DNA from: an uncultured bacterium
GTDB taxonomy: Bacteria; Bacillota_I; Bacilli_A; RFN20; CAG-826
Assembly: GCA_949297805.1 (NCBI GenBank)
Contig: CASFTG010000002.1
Location: 15,871 to 79,870, forward strand
Reading direction: 5' to 3'
DNA: 64,000 nt
Shown: positions 1 through 11,359 of the stretch, piece by piece
Numbering within the stretch: the stretch's first letter is position 1
Layout: every line of letters starts with the position of its first letter
Notes under the pieces: generated by a model
What the model was told of the DNA's origin: nothing
The model's database searches: none
Seen by the model: the letters and a program-made list of their open reading frames with translations, nothing else
Translations under genes and position numbers: made by a program

Positions 1-57
1 CTTGATCTTCTTCTTGCGGGCGGTGGTGGATTTGCCTTTGGTCTTAGTGTTAGCCAT
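1..57 (-). CDS. rpsK: 30S ribosomal protein S11, N-terminal 19 codons only (gene continues beyond window start)
   Basis: Reverse complement of 1-57 translates MANTKTKGKSTTARKKKIK, a typical S11 N-terminus. Position is downstream of rpsM as in alpha operons. Confidence 0.8.
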   Translation of the reverse strand, partial: MANTKTKGKSTTARKKKIK

Positions 58-71
58 TTTCTTATCCCTCC

Positions 72-446
72 TTACTTAGTCGCCTGCTTCTTGTTGGCGA
101 TGGTCTTCCGCTTGCCCTTGCGGGTCCGGGCGTTGGTCCGGGTCCGCTGGCCGCGAACCGGGAGGCCCCGTTTATGGCGGATGCCGCGGTAGCAGCCGAT
201 TTCGGTCAGGCGCTTGATGTTGAGGGCGGTCTCCCGACGGAGGTCGCCTTCGGTGTGGTATTTGCTGACCTCGTTCCGGAGAGCGGTCAATTGCTCATCG
301 GTGAGGTCCTTGGTCCGGATATCGACGTTGACCCCGGTCGCGGCGCAGATTTTCTCCGCGGTCGAGGGGCCGATGCCGTAAATGTAGGTGAGGGAAACGA
401 CGATGCGCTTCTCGTTGGGGATATCGACCCCGACAATACGTGCCAT
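72..446 (-). CDS. rpsM: 30S ribosomal protein S13
   Basis: 124-aa [13 protein letters not shown]...KKQATK, S13 signature. CCTCC (GGAGG on minus strand) RBS upstream. TAA stop. Confidence 0.95.
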   Translation of the reverse strand: MARIVGVDIPNEKRIVVSLTYIYGIGPSTAEKICAATGVNVDIRTKDLTDEQLTALRNEVSKYHTEGDLRRETALNIKRLTEIGCYRGIRHKRGLPVRGQRTRTNARTRKGKRKTIANKKQATK

Positions 447-467
447 ATTCTGTTAACTCCTTTTGGC

Positions 468-581
468 TCAACCCTGACGCTGCTTATGCTTGGGGTTGGA
501 GCAGATGACCATGACTTTGCCATGGCGCCGAATGACTTTGCATTTATCGCAAATCGGCTTGACGGACGGTCTGACTTTCAT
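468..581 (-). CDS. rpmJ: 50S ribosomal protein L36
   Basis: Hand translation of reverse complement gives [37 protein letters not shown] (37 aa), ending at TGA. Too short for the ORF track. AAGGAG RBS upstream. Confidence 0.9.
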   Translation of the reverse strand: MKVRPSVKPICDKCKVIRRHGKVMVICSNPKHKQRQG

Positions 582-586
582 TTTCT

Positions 587-859
587 TTACTCCTTTAGTT
601 CCGATGGCGGAACGTGATGCGCCCACGTGTTAAATCGTAAGGTGAGAATTGGACCGTGACCCGATCGCCGGGGAGAATGCGGATGTAATTCATCCGGATT
701 TTGCCCGAAACGCAGGAGAATGCGGATGTAATTCATCCGGATTTTGCCCGAAACGCAGGCTTGGACCACGGCTCCGTTGGCGAGTTTCACCTTGAAGTTG
801 GTGCCGGGTAGGCACTCGATGACGGTCGCCTCGACTTCAATGCAGTCCTCTTTGCTCAA
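587..859 (-). pseudogene. infA: Translation initiation factor IF-1 reading frame disrupted by a 43-bp tandem duplication. The intact gene would be 595..859 without one repeat copy, 73 aa.
   Basis: First 47 residues [48 protein letters not shown] are canonical IF-1, then the frame is lost. Bases 673-715 and 716-758 are identical 43-mers. Removing one copy restores ...[27 protein letters not shown] and a TAA stop at 595-597. Confidence 0.85.
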
Positions 860-873
860 GTTGCTTCCTCCTT

Positions 874-1623
874 TTAGAGTTGGGTTAGGATCCGATAACC
901 GGAACTGGTGACGGCGATGGTGTTCTCGTAATGGGAGGTTAAGCCCCCATCCTTGGCTACCACCGTCCAGCCATCCTTCATGATCCGGACGGCGTTATGG
1001 TGCTCGAGGATCATCGGCTCGATGCAGATGGTCATCCCTTCCCGGAGAATCGGTCCGGTGCCAGGCTTACCATAGCAAGGAATGTAGGGATCCTCATGCA
1101 TCGAGGTCCCGATCCCGTGGCCGGTGAAGTCCCGGGGGACCGAGCAGCCGTATTTGGCCGCCGTCGCCTCGATGGCGTGGCTGACGTCGCCGAGATGCAC
1201 CCCCGGTTTGACTAAGGCCACCGCGGCTTCGAAGCACTCCTGGGCGATTCTAATCATCCGCAGGGCCCGTTCGCCGCAGATGCCGACCGGGTAAGTCCGG
1301 CAGGCGTCCCCGACGTAGCCATTTTTCGTGGCGCAGAGATCGAGGGAGACGATGTCGCCATCCTTGAGTATCTTCTTCGCCGAAGGAATCCCGTGGAGGA
1401 TGACTTCGTTGACCGAGGCGCAGATGCTGGCCGGATAGCCGCAATAACCTAGCTCAGAGGGGATGGCCCCTTCGCGCCGGATGACGGCTTCGGCGGCGTC
1501 ATTGAGTTCAAGGGTGGAGACCCCGGGTTTGACCAGGGGCCCCACTTCCTCAAATACTTTGGCCACCACGCGGCCGGCTTCGGCCATCAACTCAATTTCC
1601 CGAGGGGATTTGATGATGATCAC
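874..1623 (-). CDS. map: Methionine aminopeptidase type I
   Basis: 249-aa ORF with the MAP type I fold signature (HGIPS..., metal ligands D/D/H/E/E). GTG start overlaps the adk stop (GTGA). Confidence 0.9.
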   Translation of the reverse strand: MIIIKSPREIELMAEAGRVVAKVFEEVGPLVKPGVSTLELNDAAEAVIRREGAIPSELGYCGYPASICASVNEVILHGIPSAKKILKDGDIVSLDLCATKNGYVGDACRTYPVGICGERALRMIRIAQECFEAAVALVKPGVHLGDVSHAIEATAAKYGCSVPRDFTGHGIGTSMHEDPYIPCYGKPGTGPILREGMTICIEPMILEHHNAVRIMKDGWTVVAKDGGLTSHYENTIAVTSSGYRILTQL

Positions 1624-2273
1624 TTAAGCGCCTCGAGCTCAGCGGAGATTTCGCCAAGCAATTCCTGAAGCGGCTTGGTCCCGTCGAAGCATTTATAGAG
1701 TCCTTTGGCTTTATAGAAGTCGACGAGCGGCTGGGTGGATTTGTAGTAATTGTCGAGCCGGGTTTTGAAGGACTCGGCGTTGTCGTCTTTCCGTTGGATC
1801 AACTCGGCGCCGCAACGGTCGCAGATGCCCTCGACCTTCGGTTTCATCGTATCGATATGATACGAGGCCCCGCATTTGGGGCAAACCCGTCTTCCGGAGA
1901 TCCGGCGGATGAGTTCAGCTTCCGGCACTTCGAGGTCGATGACCAAGGTGACCGGGCGGCCGATCTCTTCGCCCATCTTCTCCAAGGCTTCAGCTTGGGG
2001 AATGGTCCGGGGGAACCCATCGAGGAGGTAGCCTTTCGCGCAGTCGTCCTGGCTTAGCCGCTCCTTGACCAAGGCGCAGGTGACATCATCGGGGACGAGA
2101 TCGCCTCTAGCGATGATGGCCTGGGCCTGCAGACCCAAGGGGGTCTTCTTGGCGATGGCTTCCCGGAACATATCCCCGGTGGAGATATGGGGGAGATGGA
2201 ACTTATCGACGAGATGGGTGGCCTGGGTGCCTTTGCCGGCGCCCGGGGGGCCCATTAAGATGATGTTGAGCAT
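1620..2273 (-). CDS. adk: Adenylate kinase
   Basis: 217 aa. P-loop GPPGAGKGTQ and lid zinc knuckle CPKCG...CDRCG. Terminates at TGA (1620-1622) at the normal Adk C-terminus. Confidence 0.95.
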   Translation of the reverse strand: MLNIILMGPPGAGKGTQATHLVDKFHLPHISTGDMFREAIAKKTPLGLQAQAIIARGDLVPDDVTCALVKERLSQDDCAKGYLLDGFPRTIPQAEALEKMGEEIGRPVTLVIDLEVPEAELIRRISGRRVCPKCGASYHIDTMKPKVEGICDRCGAELIQRKDDNAESFKTRLDNYYKSTQPLVDFYKAKGLYKCFDGTKPLQELLGEISAELEALK

Positions 2274-3634
2274 TATTGCATTCCTCCGGATACTTCTTCG
2301 AACGACTTGCCAGCCAGCAAGCCATCGATCTGGTTGTTAAGCTCGATGCAGACGCCGACGATGATGATCATGCCGGTGCCGCCGATGGCCAAGCTCGAGT
2401 CATTCCCGAACACCCCGGAGAGAACCAGGACGAGGGGGAGGGCCGAGATGGCGGCGAGGGCGAGGGCCCCGATGCAGGTGACGCGGTTGAGAACCTTGCC
2501 GACGTAACGGGCGGTTTCCTTGCCCGGGCGGATGCCGGGGATGAAGGAGCCGTTGCGTTGGAAGTTCTCGCTTAATTGCTCCGGGTCCATCTGCATTTGG
2601 GCGTAGAAGAAGGCGAAGACGATGATGAGGGCGAGGTAGATCAATAACCCCCAAGGCATCCCCCACGTCTCCCCGTTGAACCAAGGCATCTCATACATCT
2701 CCGAGTAGGAGAAGATGGTGAGCCACTTGGCTTCGCTGGCCTCGGGCGAGATGAAGCTCGCGATGACCGAGGGGGCCATCATGATCGAGGAAGCGAAGAT
2801 GACGGGGATGACGCCAGCCGAGTTGACCTTGATTGGCAAGTAGCTGGCTTTGCTCATCGAGGCCGAGGGACCGGACTTCCCGGCATGTTGGACCGGGATT
2901 TTCCGGCGGCTGGTCTCGAAGAAGACGACCCCGGCGATGATGAGGATGAAGGCGAGGATGTAGAGGGCGAATTGGAACGCCCCGGTGATGAGCTCAGTCG
3001 ATCCGTGGTCGACGTTGGCGGTGATCCATTTCGTCCAAGCGGTCGAGAGCTGAACCGGCAGGCTGCGGACGCAGCCGGCAAAGATGACGACGGAGATGCC
3101 GTTGCCGAGCCCCTTCTCGGTGATCTGGTCGCCAAGCCACATGGTGAGCATCGCCCCGGCTAGCAAGACGGTGACGATGTAGGCGTAGGTCCAGAAGTTG
3201 TCCTCCATCGTAAGGCTGATATAGGAGTTGTTCTGCATCGTCATGATGATCCCGTAAGCCTGGACCGCCCCGAGAAGGAGCGTCAGGTAACGGGTCGCCA
3301 TTTCGATTTTCTTCCGCCCATACTGGCCTTGCTTGCTTAATTCGGTCAAGGCCGGCAGAACGTCTTTCGAGAGCAACTGGATGATGATCTGGGCGGTAAT
3401 GTAAGGGGAGACGCCTAAGGCGAACACGGAGAAGTTCGACAAGGCACCGCCGCCGAGAAGGTCCATCATGGCGATGGCGTTGCCGGAGTTAAGCGCATCG
3501 CTTAATTCCGAGCCGACGCTGACGCCCGGGACCGTGATAGCCGCCCCGATTCTGAGCACGAACAATATCATGACCGTGAAGAATATCCGGCCGACGATAT
3601 CTTTGTTTTTGAAGATCGAGACGAACTTTTTCAT
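2273..3634 (-). CDS. secY: Preprotein translocase subunit SecY
   Basis: 453-aa polytopic membrane protein with conserved SecY motifs. Position between rplO and adk. Confidence 0.95.
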   Translation of the reverse strand: MKKFVSIFKNKDIVGRIFFTVMILFVLRIGAAITVPGVSVGSELSDALNSGNAIAMMDLLGGGALSNFSVFALGVSPYITAQIIIQLLSKDVLPALTELSKQGQYGRKKIEMATRYLTLLLGAVQAYGIIMTMQNNSYISLTMEDNFWTYAYIVTVLLAGAMLTMWLGDQITEKGLGNGISVVIFAGCVRSLPVQLSTAWTKWITANVDHGSTELITGAFQFALYILAFILIIAGVVFFETSRRKIPVQHAGKSGPSASMSKASYLPIKVNSAGVIPVIFASSIMMAPSVIASFISPEASEAKWLTIFSYSEMYEMPWFNGETWGMPWGLLIYLALIIVFAFFYAQMQMDPEQLSENFQRNGSFIPGIRPGKETARYVGKVLNRVTCIGALALAAISALPLVLVLSGVFGNDSSLAIGGTGMIIIVGVCIELNNQIDGLLAGKSFEEVSGGMQ

Positions 3635-4086
3635 TATTCGATGACCTTGGCCTCTCCGCCTTTGTCCTCGATCGCTTTCTTAGCCGAGGCCGAGAAGGCT
3701 TTGGCTTCGACGATCAACTTCTTGGAAAGGGTTCCTTTCCCGAGGATTTTAACACCATCGAACTCTTTCTTGATGATGTTCTTTTCGCGGAGGGTGACCG
3801 CATTGACCGTTTCGCCGTCTTTGAAGGCGTTCAACCGATCGAGGTTGACCGCGACATAGACGATGCGGCGATTCTTATGCGATTTGCGGAAACCGAATTT
3901 CGGGAGCCGACGAGCGATCGGGGTCTGGCCGCCTTCGTACCCGTTTTTCTTGGTGTGCGAGTGGGCGCCTTGGCCTTTCATGCCCTTGCCGGCGGTTTTG
4001 CCGTTGCCGCTGCCCCGACCGCGACCTTTGCGGAAGCTATCGGTCCGGGCCCCGGCGGCGTTTTGGAGGTTCGATAGGGATGACAT
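3634..4086 (-). CDS. rplO: 50S ribosomal protein L15
   Basis: 150-aa Gly/Arg-rich N-terminus, L15 signature. Overlaps rpsE end by 4 nt, leaving no room for rpmD. Confidence 0.9.
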   Translation of the reverse strand: MSSLSNLQNAAGARTDSFRKGRGRGSGNGKTAGKGMKGQGAHSHTKKNGYEGGQTPIARRLPKFGFRKSHKNRRIVYVAVNLDRLNAFKDGETVNAVTLREKNIIKKEFDGVKILGKGTLSKKLIVEAKAFSASAKKAIEDKGGEAKVIE

Positions 4087-4088
4087 GG

Positions 4089-4808
4089 TTATTTATCTCC
4101 TTTCTCGTGGCTCTTGGCGGCGCGGCGAGCTTTCAGTTCCTCTTCGGTCTTCAGGCCACGGAGGAGCATGACCTCGTCGTAGCGCTTGAGCGCATTAAGC
4201 CCGGCATGGGTCGCCCGGATAACGTTGATGGGGGCGCGGGAGCCATAGACCTTGGAAACCAGGTTCTTGACCCCGGCGAGCTCAACGATGGCCCGGACCG
4301 GCCCACCGGCGACGATGCCAGTGCCCGGACGGGCGGGTTTGAGGACGACTTTGGTCGAGCCATAGACGCCGACCACGTCATGGGCGATGGTGCCGTTGGC
4401 GTTGATCTCGATGGTGCTCATCCCCTTGCGGGCTTTGGCGAGCGCCTTCTTGATGGCGTCGGGGACTTCGCTCGATTTGCAGAGGGCGAAGCCGTATTTG
4501 CCTTTGCCATCGCCGACGACGGCTAAGGCCGAGAAGCGGACATGCTTGCCGCCTTGGACGGTTTTGGAGATGCGGTTGATCTTGACCACCCGCTCAGCAT
4601 AATCGTCGACGTTGCGGCGGAAGCCACCCCGGCCACCCCGCCGTTCGGACGGGCGGCCTTTCCGGGAGCCGAACTTCCGATCGCCCGGACGGGGCGCGGC
4701 AGCGGAGCCATGGGGCTCATAGCCCTGGGCATTGTCCTCGGCGGCGACTTCTTCGGTATTTTCTTCCGCGGGGGTCTCCGCGGCGATGTTCTTTTCTTCT
4801 TCCATCAT
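4089..4808 (-). CDS. rpsE: 30S ribosomal protein S5 with ~70-aa acidic N-terminal extension
   Basis: 239 aa. C-terminal ~165 aa is canonical S5 (dsRBD plus S5 C-domain). N-terminus is Glu/Ala-rich low complexity. Confidence 0.9.
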   Translation of the reverse strand: MMEEEKNIAAETPAEENTEEVAAEDNAQGYEPHGSAAAPRPGDRKFGSRKGRPSERRGGRGGFRRNVDDYAERVVKINRISKTVQGGKHVRFSALAVVGDGKGKYGFALCKSSEVPDAIKKALAKARKGMSTIEINANGTIAHDVVGVYGSTKVVLKPARPGTGIVAGGPVRAIVELAGVKNLVSKVYGSRAPINVIRATHAGLNALKRYDEVMLLRGLKTEEELKARRAAKSHEKGDK

Positions 4809-4816
4809 GAATCTCC

Positions 4817-5173
4817 TTAGAACTTGAGACCCGCTTCGCGAGCGGCGTCGGCGAGGGCGGCGACCCGGCCATGGTAGATATATCCGCCACGGTCGAAGAC
4901 GACCTTCTCGATGCCTTTGGCTTTGGCTTTGGCAGCTAAGTCAGCCCCGACTTTGGCAGCCGCTTCGCAGTTGCCGCCATTGGCGAGGTGAAGCTGGGTG
5001 GACGAGGAGGAGACCAAGGTGACGCCTTTTTCGTCATCGATGATCTGGGCTTCGATGTTCTTGTTGGAGCGATAGACGCATAGACGCGGGGTCTCGGCGG
5101 TGCCGGAGATCTTCTCCCGGACCCGCAGGTGACGGCGGAGACGGATGCTGTTTCTCGATTCTTTCGCGATCAT
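4817..5173 (-). CDS. rplR: 50S ribosomal protein L18
   Basis: 118-aa L18 signature. Ends ...AREAGLKF. Confidence 0.9.
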   Translation of the reverse strand: MIAKESRNSIRLRRHLRVREKISGTAETPRLCVYRSNKNIEAQIIDDEKGVTLVSSSSTQLHLANGGNCEAAAKVGADLAAKAKAKGIEKVVFDRGGYIYHGRVAALADAAREAGLKF

Positions 5174-5188
5174 AATTCACAGACTCCT

Positions 5189-5737
5189 TTACTTCTTGCC
5201 GCCGGCGGCGCGCTTGCCTTCCTTGCGGATGATGACTTCGCCCTTGTACTTGATGCCTTTGCCACCATAGGGCTCCGGCCGCTTGGTGTCATGGATGAGG
5301 GCGGCGGTTTGACCGACTTTCTGCTTGTCGATGCCCTCGACCACGATGTGGGTCTCGTCGGGGGCGGAGATCTTCACGCCTTCGACGGGGGAGACGACGA
5401 CTTCATGGGAGAAGCCGACATTGAGGACCAAATCGGTGCCCCGCATGGCGCAGCGGTAGCCGATGCCCGAGATCTCCAGTTCCTTTTTGAACCCCTCGGA
5501 GACGCCGACGACGGCGTTGTGGAGGTTGGCCCGGGTGGTGCCATGGAGTTCGAGATCGCGCTGAGTCTCGCCAGCACGGTGGCAGAGTAGGTGGCCGTCT
5601 TTGACCTCGACGCTGACGTTGCTCGGAATAGCGACGCTTAATTCGCCTTTGGCTCCTTTGACGGCGACGACCCCGTCTTTGATTTCGACGGAGACGCCCT
5701 CAGGAAGAACGACGGGTTTGAATCCGATACGTGACAT
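5189..5737 (-). CDS. rplF: 50S ribosomal protein L6
   Basis: 182 aa, MSRIGFKPVVLPEGV..., duplicated L6 domain. Confidence 0.9.
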   Translation of the reverse strand: MSRIGFKPVVLPEGVSVEIKDGVVAVKGAKGELSVAIPSNVSVEVKDGHLLCHRAGETQRDLELHGTTRANLHNAVVGVSEGFKKELEISGIGYRCAMRGTDLVLNVGFSHEVVVSPVEGVKISAPDETHIVVEGIDKQKVGQTAALIHDTKRPEPYGGKGIKYKGEVIIRKEGKRAAGGKK

Positions 5738-5752
5738 TGCTTTTCCTCCTGT

Positions 5753-6148
5753 TTACCAGACGTAGCAGAGGACTTCGCCGCCGACGTGGGCCTTTCTCGC
5801 CTGATGGTCGGTGAGCAAGCCATTCGGCGTGGAGACGATGGCGATGCCGAGTCCTTTGAGGACGCTGGGGATCTTGTCGGCTTCCGCGTAGACGCGGAGG
5901 CCCGGCTTGGAGATCCGCTTCAAGCCGGAGATGACCCTCTCCCCGGAGGAAGAGTATTTGAGGACGATGGTGAGGGTTTTCTTCCCCTTCTCCTCCTCGA
6001 CGCGATAGGATTCGATGAACCCTTGGTTTTTGAGGATCTCAGCGATCCCCTCTTTGATCTTGCTGCTCGGAAGGGAGACTTCCTCGTACCGGAGCTTGTT
6101 GGCGTTCCGGATGCGGGTGAGCATATCGGCGATTGGATCAGCGTTCAT
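5753..6148 (-). CDS. rpsH: 30S ribosomal protein S8
   Basis: 131 aa. [14 protein letters not shown]-terminal motif. Confidence 0.95.
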   Translation of the reverse strand: MNADPIADMLTRIRNANKLRYEEVSLPSSKIKEGIAEILKNQGFIESYRVEEEKGKKTLTIVLKYSSSGERVISGLKRISKPGLRVYAEADKIPSVLKGLGIAIVSTPNGLLTDHQARKAHVGGEVLCYVW

Positions 6149-6164
6149 GTTCTTTCTCCTTTCC

Positions 6165-6350
6165 TTACCACGAGGCCTTCTTCAGCCCCGGGATCTCGCC
6201 TTTGTAGGCCATCTCACGGAGGCAGATGCGGCAGAGGCCGAAGCGGCGGATGACGCCATGGGGACGTCCGCACCGCTTGCAGCGGGTGTATTCGCGGACC
6301 GCGAATTTCTGCGGGCGCGATTTCTTGACGACTAAGCTTTTCTTGGCCAT
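6165..6350 (-). CDS. rpsN: 30S ribosomal protein S14 type Z (zinc-binding)
   Basis: 61-aa MAKKSLVVK...[26 protein letters not shown] at 6350 with GGAGG RBS. The longer 90-aa track ORF is an upstream in-frame extension overlapping rplE. Confidence 0.9.
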   Translation of the reverse strand: MAKKSLVVKKSRPQKFAVREYTRCKRCGRPHGVIRRFGLCRICLREMAYKGEIPGLKKASW

Positions 6351-6354
6351 TTGC

Positions 6355-7023
6355 TTACCTCCTGAACGGCATGCCGAGCTTATCGAGCAGGGCGGCCGCT
6401 TCCTTATCGGTGTTGGCGGTGGTGACGATGACGACATCCATGCCGCGGACCTTGGTGACTTTATCGTAGTCGATTTCCGGGAAGATCAATTGTTCCTTGA
6501 CCCCGAGGGTGTAGTTGCCATGGCCATCGAAGGCGTTGCGGGAGACGCCGCGGAAGTCGCGGACCCGCGGAAGGGCGATGGAGACGAGCTTATCGAGGAA
6601 TTCGTACATCCGAACGCCCCGGAGGGTGACCTTGCACCCGATGGCTTGTCCTTCGCGGACCTTGAAGGTCGCGATGCTCTTCTTGGCTTTGGTGACGACC
6701 GGTTTTTGACCGGCGATGGTGGTTAAATCGGCGACCGCGTCATCGAGCGCCTTGGCATTAGCGGTAGCATCGCCAACTCCGATGTTGATGACGATCTTCT
6801 CAAGGCGCGGGGCCTGCATGATCGAGGTGTAACCGAATTCTTTGACGAGTTCGGGGATGACCTCATTCCGATACTTGGCTAAGAGCCGGTTGCTCGGAGC
6901 GGCGACTTTCTTGGCCGCCTTCTTCTCGACTTTGGCTTCCGCCGCTTCGGCTTTGGGGGCCGCTTTCTTGGCGGTACTCTTCTTGGGGGCCGCCTTGACG
7001 GCTTTCTTGGTTTCTTCTGCCAT
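6355..7023 (-). CDS. rplE: 50S ribosomal protein L5 with ~45-aa Lys/Ala-rich N-terminal extension
   Basis: 222 aa. Canonical L5 core from ...[22 protein letters not shown]-terminal KKAAPK repeats. Confidence 0.9.
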   Translation of the reverse strand: MAEETKKAVKAAPKKSTAKKAAPKAEAAEAKVEKKAAKKVAAPSNRLLAKYRNEVIPELVKEFGYTSIMQAPRLEKIVINIGVGDATANAKALDDAVADLTTIAGQKPVVTKAKKSIATFKVREGQAIGCKVTLRGVRMYEFLDKLVSIALPRVRDFRGVSRNAFDGHGNYTLGVKEQLIFPEIDYDKVTKVRGMDVVIVTTANTDKEAAALLDKLGMPFRR

Positions 7024-7037
7024 TTGGGCTTCCTCCT

Positions 7038-7346
7038 TTACTTGTCGAGGCTCTCGCCGGATTTGGCGAGGCGGACTTTCTTGCCGTTCACGGTGCCCAT
7101 GTGGACCCGGGTCGGCTTCTTGGTTTTCGGATCGATGAGGGCGACGTTGCTCGCATCGAAGGGAACGTAGATCTCGACGACCGACCCTTCGGGGACGGCT
7201 TGCGTCGGCTTCTTGTGCTTCTTGTGGACATTGACGCCTTCGACGACGACTTTGTTGAGCTTGGGGTAGACGCGCTGCACGATACCCTCTTTGCCTTTGT
7301 CGGCGCCGGAGATGACGATGACCTTATCACCTTTTTTGATGTTCAT
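7038..7346 (-). CDS. rplX: 50S ribosomal protein L24
   Basis: 102 aa. KOW motif [21 protein letters not shown]. Confidence 0.9.
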   Translation of the reverse strand: MNIKKGDKVIVISGADKGKEGIVQRVYPKLNKVVVEGVNVHKKHKKPTQAVPEGSVVEIYVPFDASNVALIDPKTKKPTRVHMGTVNGKKVRLAKSGESLDK

Positions 7347-7357
7347 AGTCTTTCTCC

Positions 7358-7726
7358 TTATAGCACCTCGATGGCGAGCGAGATGATCTTCATGTAGCCC
7401 TTGTCGCGGAGCTCACGGGCGACCGGCCCGAAGACACGGGTGCCGATCGGGTTGCCGTCGTTATCGATCAAGACGATGGCGTTGTCGTCGAAGGCGATGG
7501 TCGAACCATCTTTCCGGAGGACCGGATGCTTGGTCCGGACGATGACCCCTTTGACGACGTCGCTTTTCTTAACCTTGCCATTCGGGATGGCGTCTTTGAC
7601 GGCGCAGAGGACGACATCCCCGATCGAGGAGGACTTCCGGTGGGAGCCGCCATAGAGGCGGAAGACCCGGACGGAGCGGGCGCCGGAGTTATCGGCGACC
7701 ACGAGATTGGTTTCGGTCTGGATCAT
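7358..7726 (-). CDS. rplN: 50S ribosomal protein L14
   Basis: 122 aa, [17 protein letters not shown]. Confidence 0.95.
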   Translation of the reverse strand: MIQTETNLVVADNSGARSVRVFRLYGGSHRKSSSIGDVVLCAVKDAIPNGKVKKSDVVKGVIVRTKHPVLRKDGSTIAFDDNAIVLIDNDGNPIGTRVFGPVARELRDKGYMKIISLAIEVL

Positions 7727-8055
7727 TATTTCGCCTCCTCATTGGTGACGACGCCTTCCGCCGCCTCAAGGGAAGCTTCGGTCTCGGCGACGGTTTCGGC
7801 TAAGCCGGCGTGCTTGTCGATCGAGACGAGGCGGTAGCGCTTCAGTTTCGATAACGGACGGCAGGCCATGATGGTGACGGTGTCGCCGAGCTTGGCGGCG
7901 TTGTTCTCGTCATGGGCGTAGTATTTCTTCGAATACCCGACCCGTTTCTGATAGATGGGGTCGTTGCGTTCGGTGGAGACGGTGACGACGATCGTCTTGT
8001 TCATCTTGACGGAAGTGACGACGCCGCTGACGCTGGTCCGATGATTTCTTTCCAT
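7726..8055 (-). CDS. rpsQ: 30S ribosomal protein S17 with acidic C-terminal tail
   Basis: 109 aa. OB-fold S17 core, then extra ~20-aa E/A-rich tail. Confidence 0.9.
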   Translation of the reverse strand: MERNHRTSVSGVVTSVKMNKTIVVTVSTERNDPIYQKRVGYSKKYYAHDENNAAKLGDTVTIMACRPLSKLKRYRLVSIDKHAGLAETVAETEASLEAAEGVVTNEEAK

Positions 8056-8067
8056 GGTCTTCTCTCC

Positions 8068-8268
8068 TTACTTTTCGATGCCAAGGGCCCGTTGGCGCTT
8101 GACGGTTTCGGCTTTGGCGAGGTCCTTGCGGACTAAGCGAACGTTCTCGCCGCGCTCGAGCTGCCCCACCGCTTTCTTGCGGCGAAGCTCGAAGAGCTCT
8201 TCCTTCAAGGCATAGATCTTCTGATTGAGCTCTTCCGAGGTAAGTTCGCGGAATTCTTTGATTTCCAT
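8068..8268 (-). CDS. rpmC: 50S ribosomal protein L29
   Basis: 66 aa, [31 protein letters not shown]. Confidence 0.9.
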   Translation of the reverse strand: MEIKEFRELTSEELNQKIYALKEELFELRRKKAVGQLERGENVRLVRKDLAKAETVKRQRALGIEK

Positions 8269-8816
8269 TACTTGGCCTCCTCAGTGGCCGGGGCATCGCC
8301 GCCATTGTCGACGACGGTCTCGACCTGGATGTTGTCCTCTTTCTCGATCGCTTCGAGCGAGGATTCGTGGACCGCTTCCATCTTGAGGAGTTCAGCCTGG
8401 CTAAGGGCTTTGGTCCGCTTGATGACTTTGGTCTTGACCGGGAGTTTATACCCAGCGAGGCGCAGGGCTTCCTGAGCCTTGGCGGCATCGATGCCGCCGA
8501 TTTCGAACATGACGGTCCCTTTCTTAACGACCGCGACCCAGCCTTCGGGGGAGCCTTTGCCGGAACCCATACGGACTTCGGCCGGCTTCTTGGTCTTGGC
8601 AAGATGCGGGAAGATCCGGATCCAGACTTGGCCAGCCCGGTCAGTGCAGCGGGCTAAGACGATACGGGCGGATTCGATCTGATGGTCGGTGATGTAGTTG
8701 CCTTCGAGGGCGACTAAGCCATATTCGCCGAATTCGACGGAGGTCCCGCCTTTGGCCCGGCCTTCGTATTTGAGGCCGTGCGGGCGGCGGTATTTAACGC
8801 GCTTTGGTTGCAGCAT
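8268..8816 (-). CDS. rplP: 50S ribosomal protein L16 with ~40-aa C-terminal extension
   Basis: 182 aa. [14 protein letters not shown]... L16 core, then acidic/Ala-rich tail. Confidence 0.9.
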   Translation of the reverse strand: MLQPKRVKYRRPHGLKYEGRAKGGTSVEFGEYGLVALEGNYITDHQIESARIVLARCTDRAGQVWIRIFPHLAKTKKPAEVRMGSGKGSPEGWVAVVKKGTVMFEIGGIDAAKAQEALRLAGYKLPVKTKVIKRTKALSQAELLKMEAVHESSLEAIEKEDNIQVETVVDNGGDAPATEEAK

Positions 8817-9567
8817 TGTTGTTCATGCCTCCTTTGTTGTTGCCCCGGCGGCGATCGTCCCGGTTATTCGGGCGCGAATCCCGCGGCGCGGGCTCATTGA
8901 CTTCTTCGGTGCCAATCTTCGAGAGGGAACGGCAGATCCAGACCTTGACGCCGATCCGGCCATAGGTGGTGGCGGCGTCGACGTGGGCGAAGTCAATATC
9001 AGCCCGGATGGTGTGGAGGGGGACGACCCCTTCCTTATAGCCTTCGGCCCGGGCGATTTCCGCCCCACCAAGGCGACCCGAGCAGAGGGTCTTGCAACCC
9101 TTGGCCCCGGCTTTGCGCATCCGTTGGATGGCTTTCTTCATGGTCGAGCGGAAGGCCGCGCGGTTTTCAAGCTCGCTGGCGATCCACTTGGCGACGAGGG
9201 TGGCATCCAAGTCCGGATTGAGGATGTTAACGACGTTGAGGTCGAGCCGATCCTTGGCCGAATCGATCTTGAGGAGCTTGTTGAGCTCGGCGAGGAGCCG
9301 TTTCTTGTTCTCCCCTTCCTGCCCGAGCACTTCGCCCGGACGGGAGCAGTAGATCTTGACGTTGACGTTGTGGCCTTTGTCGGTCTTGACCCGCTCGATG
9401 ACGACTTTCGAGAGCATCGAGTTCTTGAGTTCTTTCTCAAGGTAGCCGCGGATCTTCATGTCTTCGACGATGAAGTTGCCGTAATCGGCTTTGGAAGCGA
9501 ACCATTTGGAGTTCCAGTCGCGGTTGATGCCGATCCGCATCCCGACTGCGTTGACTTTATGACCCAT
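8794..9567 (-). CDS. rpsC: 30S ribosomal protein S3 with Arg/Asn-rich C-terminal tail
   Basis: 257 aa. KH domain plus S3 C-domain. 23-nt overlap with rplP. Confidence 0.9.
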   Translation of the reverse strand: MGHKVNAVGMRIGINRDWNSKWFASKADYGNFIVEDMKIRGYLEKELKNSMLSKVVIERVKTDKGHNVNVKIYCSRPGEVLGQEGENKKRLLAELNKLLKIDSAKDRLDLNVVNILNPDLDATLVAKWIASELENRAAFRSTMKKAIQRMRKAGAKGCKTLCSGRLGGAEIARAEGYKEGVVPLHTIRADIDFAHVDAATTYGRIGVKVWICRSLSKIGTEEVNEPAPRDSRPNNRDDRRRGNNKGGMNNNAATKAR

Positions 9568-9572
9568 AGTGC

Positions 9573-10145
9573 TTACTTCCTTTCGGCAACGACGACCAGT
9601 AAGTTGGCGTTGCGCTTGATGATGGGCGAGGCAGAGCCTTTGGCCCGGGGGATATACCGCTTGATCTTCAAGCCATCGGAGACTTGGATCTCGGCGATGT
9701 AGAGGAGATCGGCCTCCATCCCGAAGTTATTGACGGCGTTGGCCGCGGCGCTTTTGATGGCCTTGGCCACCGGGGTGGCGGCGACGCGGTTGGTCTGGGC
9801 GAGGAGCCCGAGGGCGACGCTGACGCTCTTGCCGCGAACGATGTCGGCGACCAGGCGGACTTTCCGCGGGGTGATGCGAACATCACGGACGAAGCAACGA
9901 GCGGAGGTCGGCTTGGGTTTTTCCTCGACAACTTCGGCTTTGGCGGCTTCCTTGGCGGCTTTCTTAGCGGCTTTCTTCTCGACCTTGGCCGCTTTCTTGG
10001 CTTCCTTCGGGGTCAGTTCTTCTTTGACTTCCGGGGTCGCCGTTTCCTCGACCTTCTCCTCGACTTTCTTCTTCGGAGCGGTCTTCTTGGCCGGGGCCTT
10101 TTTCGCAGCCGGGGCCTTCTTCACGGTTTTCTTTTCTTCAGCCAT
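9573..10145 (-). CDS. rplV: 50S ribosomal protein L22 with ~80-aa Lys/Ala-rich N-terminal extension
   Basis: 190 aa. Canonical L22 from ...ARCFVRDVRITPRKVRLVADIVRGK. Preceded by KKAPAKK repeats. Confidence 0.9.
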   Translation of the reverse strand: MAEEKKTVKKAPAAKKAPAKKTAPKKKVEEKVEETATPEVKEELTPKEAKKAAKVEKKAAKKAAKEAAKAEVVEEKPKPTSARCFVRDVRITPRKVRLVADIVRGKSVSVALGLLAQTNRVAATPVAKAIKSAAANAVNNFGMEADLLYIAEIQVSDGLKIKRYIPRAKGSASPIIKRNANLLVVVAERK

Positions 10146-10156
10146 GTTCTGACTCC

Positions 10157-10444
10157 TTACTTCTTGGCGGCTTGATCGCCGACGTTGTTGCCATGGTGGC
10201 CCGGGAAGGTCCGGGTCGGGGCGAATTCGCCGAGCTTATGGCCGACCATATCCTCGGTCACGTAGACGGTGATATGTTCATGGCCGTTATAGACGGCGAA
10301 GGTCTGCTCGACGAAGGCGGGATAGATCGTCGAACGGCGAGACCAGGTCTTGATGATCTCTTTCTTGCCCGATTTCTGGATGGCTTCGACCTTCTTAAGA
10401 AGGTATTCATCCACGAACGGGGCTTTCTTAAGCGAACGAGACAT
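10157..10444 (-). CDS. rpsS: 30S ribosomal protein S19
   Basis: 95 aa, [20 protein letters not shown]. Confidence 0.95.
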   Translation of the reverse strand: MSRSLKKAPFVDEYLLKKVEAIQKSGKKEIIKTWSRRSTIYPAFVEQTFAVYNGHEHITVYVTEDMVGHKLGEFAPTRTFPGHHGNNVGDQAAKK

Positions 10445-10458
10445 GTTCTATCTCCTCC

Positions 10459-11295
<837 letters not shown>

Positions 11296-11359
11296 TTGTC
11301 TTTCTCCTATATTGGATTCTTTGTCTTTATATCCTTAATAGATATAGAGACGGGTGTGC

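Noticed and set aside
6351-6437. 90-aa version of the S14 ORF.
   Set aside because: The extra 29 N-terminal residues overlap the rplE 3' end and lack an RBS. The canonical 61-aa type-Z S14 starts at 6350 with a GGAGG RBS.
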